In this document: positions 62,001 through 63,587 of the stretch, piece by piece
Numbering within the stretch: the first letter of the stretch is position 1
Layout of the letters: each line of letters begins with the position of its first letter
Assembly (NCBI RefSeq): GCF_022045235.1
Contig: NW_027266265.1
Coordinates: forward strand, 50,716,414-50,780,000
Origin: Haliotis cracherodii
Lineage: Eukaryota
DNA: 63,587 nucleotides
Reading direction: 5' to 3'
Translations under genes and position numbers: made by a program
The notes under the pieces: generated by a model
Databases searched by the model: none
What the model saw: only the letters and a program-made list of their open reading frames with translations
Told to the model about the DNA's origin: nothing

Positions 62001-63390
62001 ACATATTTTATTGCTTTAACTACATCCATCTTTTATTGTCTATACTGCATCCATCTTTTATTGTCCATACAACATACATATTTTATTGCTTTAACTACAT
62101 GCATCTTTTATTGTCTATACTGCATCTATCTTTCATTGTCCATACACCATACATATTTTATTGCTTACTCTGCATCCATCTTTTATTGTCTATCCTGCAT
62201 CCATCTTTCATTGTCTATACGACATCTATCTTTTATTGTCTATACTATATCCATCTTTCATTGCCTATATTACGTCAATCTTTCATTGTCTATACTGCAT
62301 CCATCTTTCATTGTCTATGCAACATTCTTTCAGTTCCAAAACTACATCCATCTTTCAGTTCCAAAACTACATCCATCTTTCATTGTCCACACAACATACA
62401 TATTTTATTGCTTATACTTCATCCATCTTTCATTATCTATACTACATCCATCTTTCATAGTCTATACTTCATCCATCTTTCATTATCTATACTACATCCA
62501 TCTTTCATAGTCTATACTACATCCATCTTTCACTGCCTACACTACATCCATCTTTTATTGTCTATACTACATCCATCTTTCATAGTCTATACTACATCCA
62601 TCTTTCATTATCTATACTACATCCATCTTTTATTGTCCATACAACATACATATTTTATTGCTTATACTTCATCCATCTTTTATTGTCTATACTACATCCA
62701 TCTTTCATTGTCTATACTACATCCATCTTTCATTGACCATACTACATACATATTTTATTGCTTGTACTACAACCATCTTTTATTGTCTATGCGACATCTA
62801 TCTTTCATTGTCTATACTGCATCCATCTTTCATTGTCTGTACTACATTCTTTCAGTTCCAAAACTACATCCATCTTTCAGTTCCAAAACTACATCCATCT
62901 TTCAGTTCCAAAACTACATCTATCTTTCATTGCCTATGCGACATCCATCTTTCGTTGTCTATACAACATACATATTTTATTGCTTGTACTACATCCATCT
63001 TTTATTGTCTATACTGCACCCATCTTTCATTGTCTATACATATACCTATTTCATTGCTTATACTACATCCGTCTTTCATTGTCTATACTACATGCATCTT
63101 TCATTGTCAAAACTACATCCATCTTTCATTGTCTATACTACATTCTTTCAGTTCCATAACTACATCCATCTTTCGTTGTCTATACTACATACATATTATA
63201 TTGCTTATACTATATGCATCTTTCATTATCTATACTGCATCCATCTTTCATTGTCTATACTACATCAATCTTTCATTGTCTATACTGCATCCATCTTTCA
63301 TTGTCTATACTGCATCAATCTTATATTATATGCATCTTTCACTGTGTATATTACACCTTCATTCCTTGTCTATTTTACACCCATCTTTCA
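59040..63390. repeat. 25-bp satellite array, ~4.3 kb
   Basis: Unit ctatactacatccatctttcattRt (attgt at 59221 and 59246); more diverged toward the right end; interrupted at 60407-60480 by a copy of its left flank. Confidence 0.97.
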
Positions 63391-63587
63391 TAGAGCTGCT
63401 GAGATAATTTCATTAAGATAAAACGATAAAACTTATTCCATGTGTTTCCAAAAGAAGAAAGGTTTATTAAGAACTGAAGGTCAAATGAGTGAACTTTCAT
63501 AATATTTATGTCGTGACTCAAACCAGTTTGAAATATGGAAGTCGCTGAGACATACGAAGAAACCATGGTTATTGTTCGCACTTCTTT

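Noticed and set aside
58987-63421. Many long ORFs up to 536 aa rich in Y/I/H/L/S/F
   Set aside because: Translations of a 25-bp satellite; the period is not a multiple of 3, so all frames give the same peptide cycle.

Overview
AT-rich animal genomic DNA from a draft scaffold, with N gaps at 63-822, 2810-2971 and 57236-57375. The retroposon repertoire suggests a mollusc, possibly a gastropod such as abalone; this is an inference. The only well-supported host gene is a two-exon Snail-family transcription factor on the minus strand (exon 1 46672-46390, GT-AG intron 46389-46101, exon 2 46100-45016; 455 aa; SNAG motif plus five zinc fingers). It lies in a gene desert containing four SINE-like families, several MITE families, a decayed Tc1 (DD34E) transposase, a decayed Penelope-like reverse transcriptase and five minisatellite/satellite arrays. 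I cannot demonstrate a new protein-coding system. The best leads are non-coding: (1) about ten GC-rich islands on both sides of snail with clustered Snail-type E2-boxes (CAGGTG/CAGGTA), suggesting a distributed auto- or cross-regulatory landscape; (2) minimal hammerhead-ribozyme-like motifs of the Penelope type, including a tandem triplet; (3) a tRNA-less retroposon family with a predicted 5' pseudoknot; (4) a 25-bp satellite duplicated together with a unique leader; (5) three CRE palindromes immediately after the snail stop codon. All coordinates and motif counts were read by eye.
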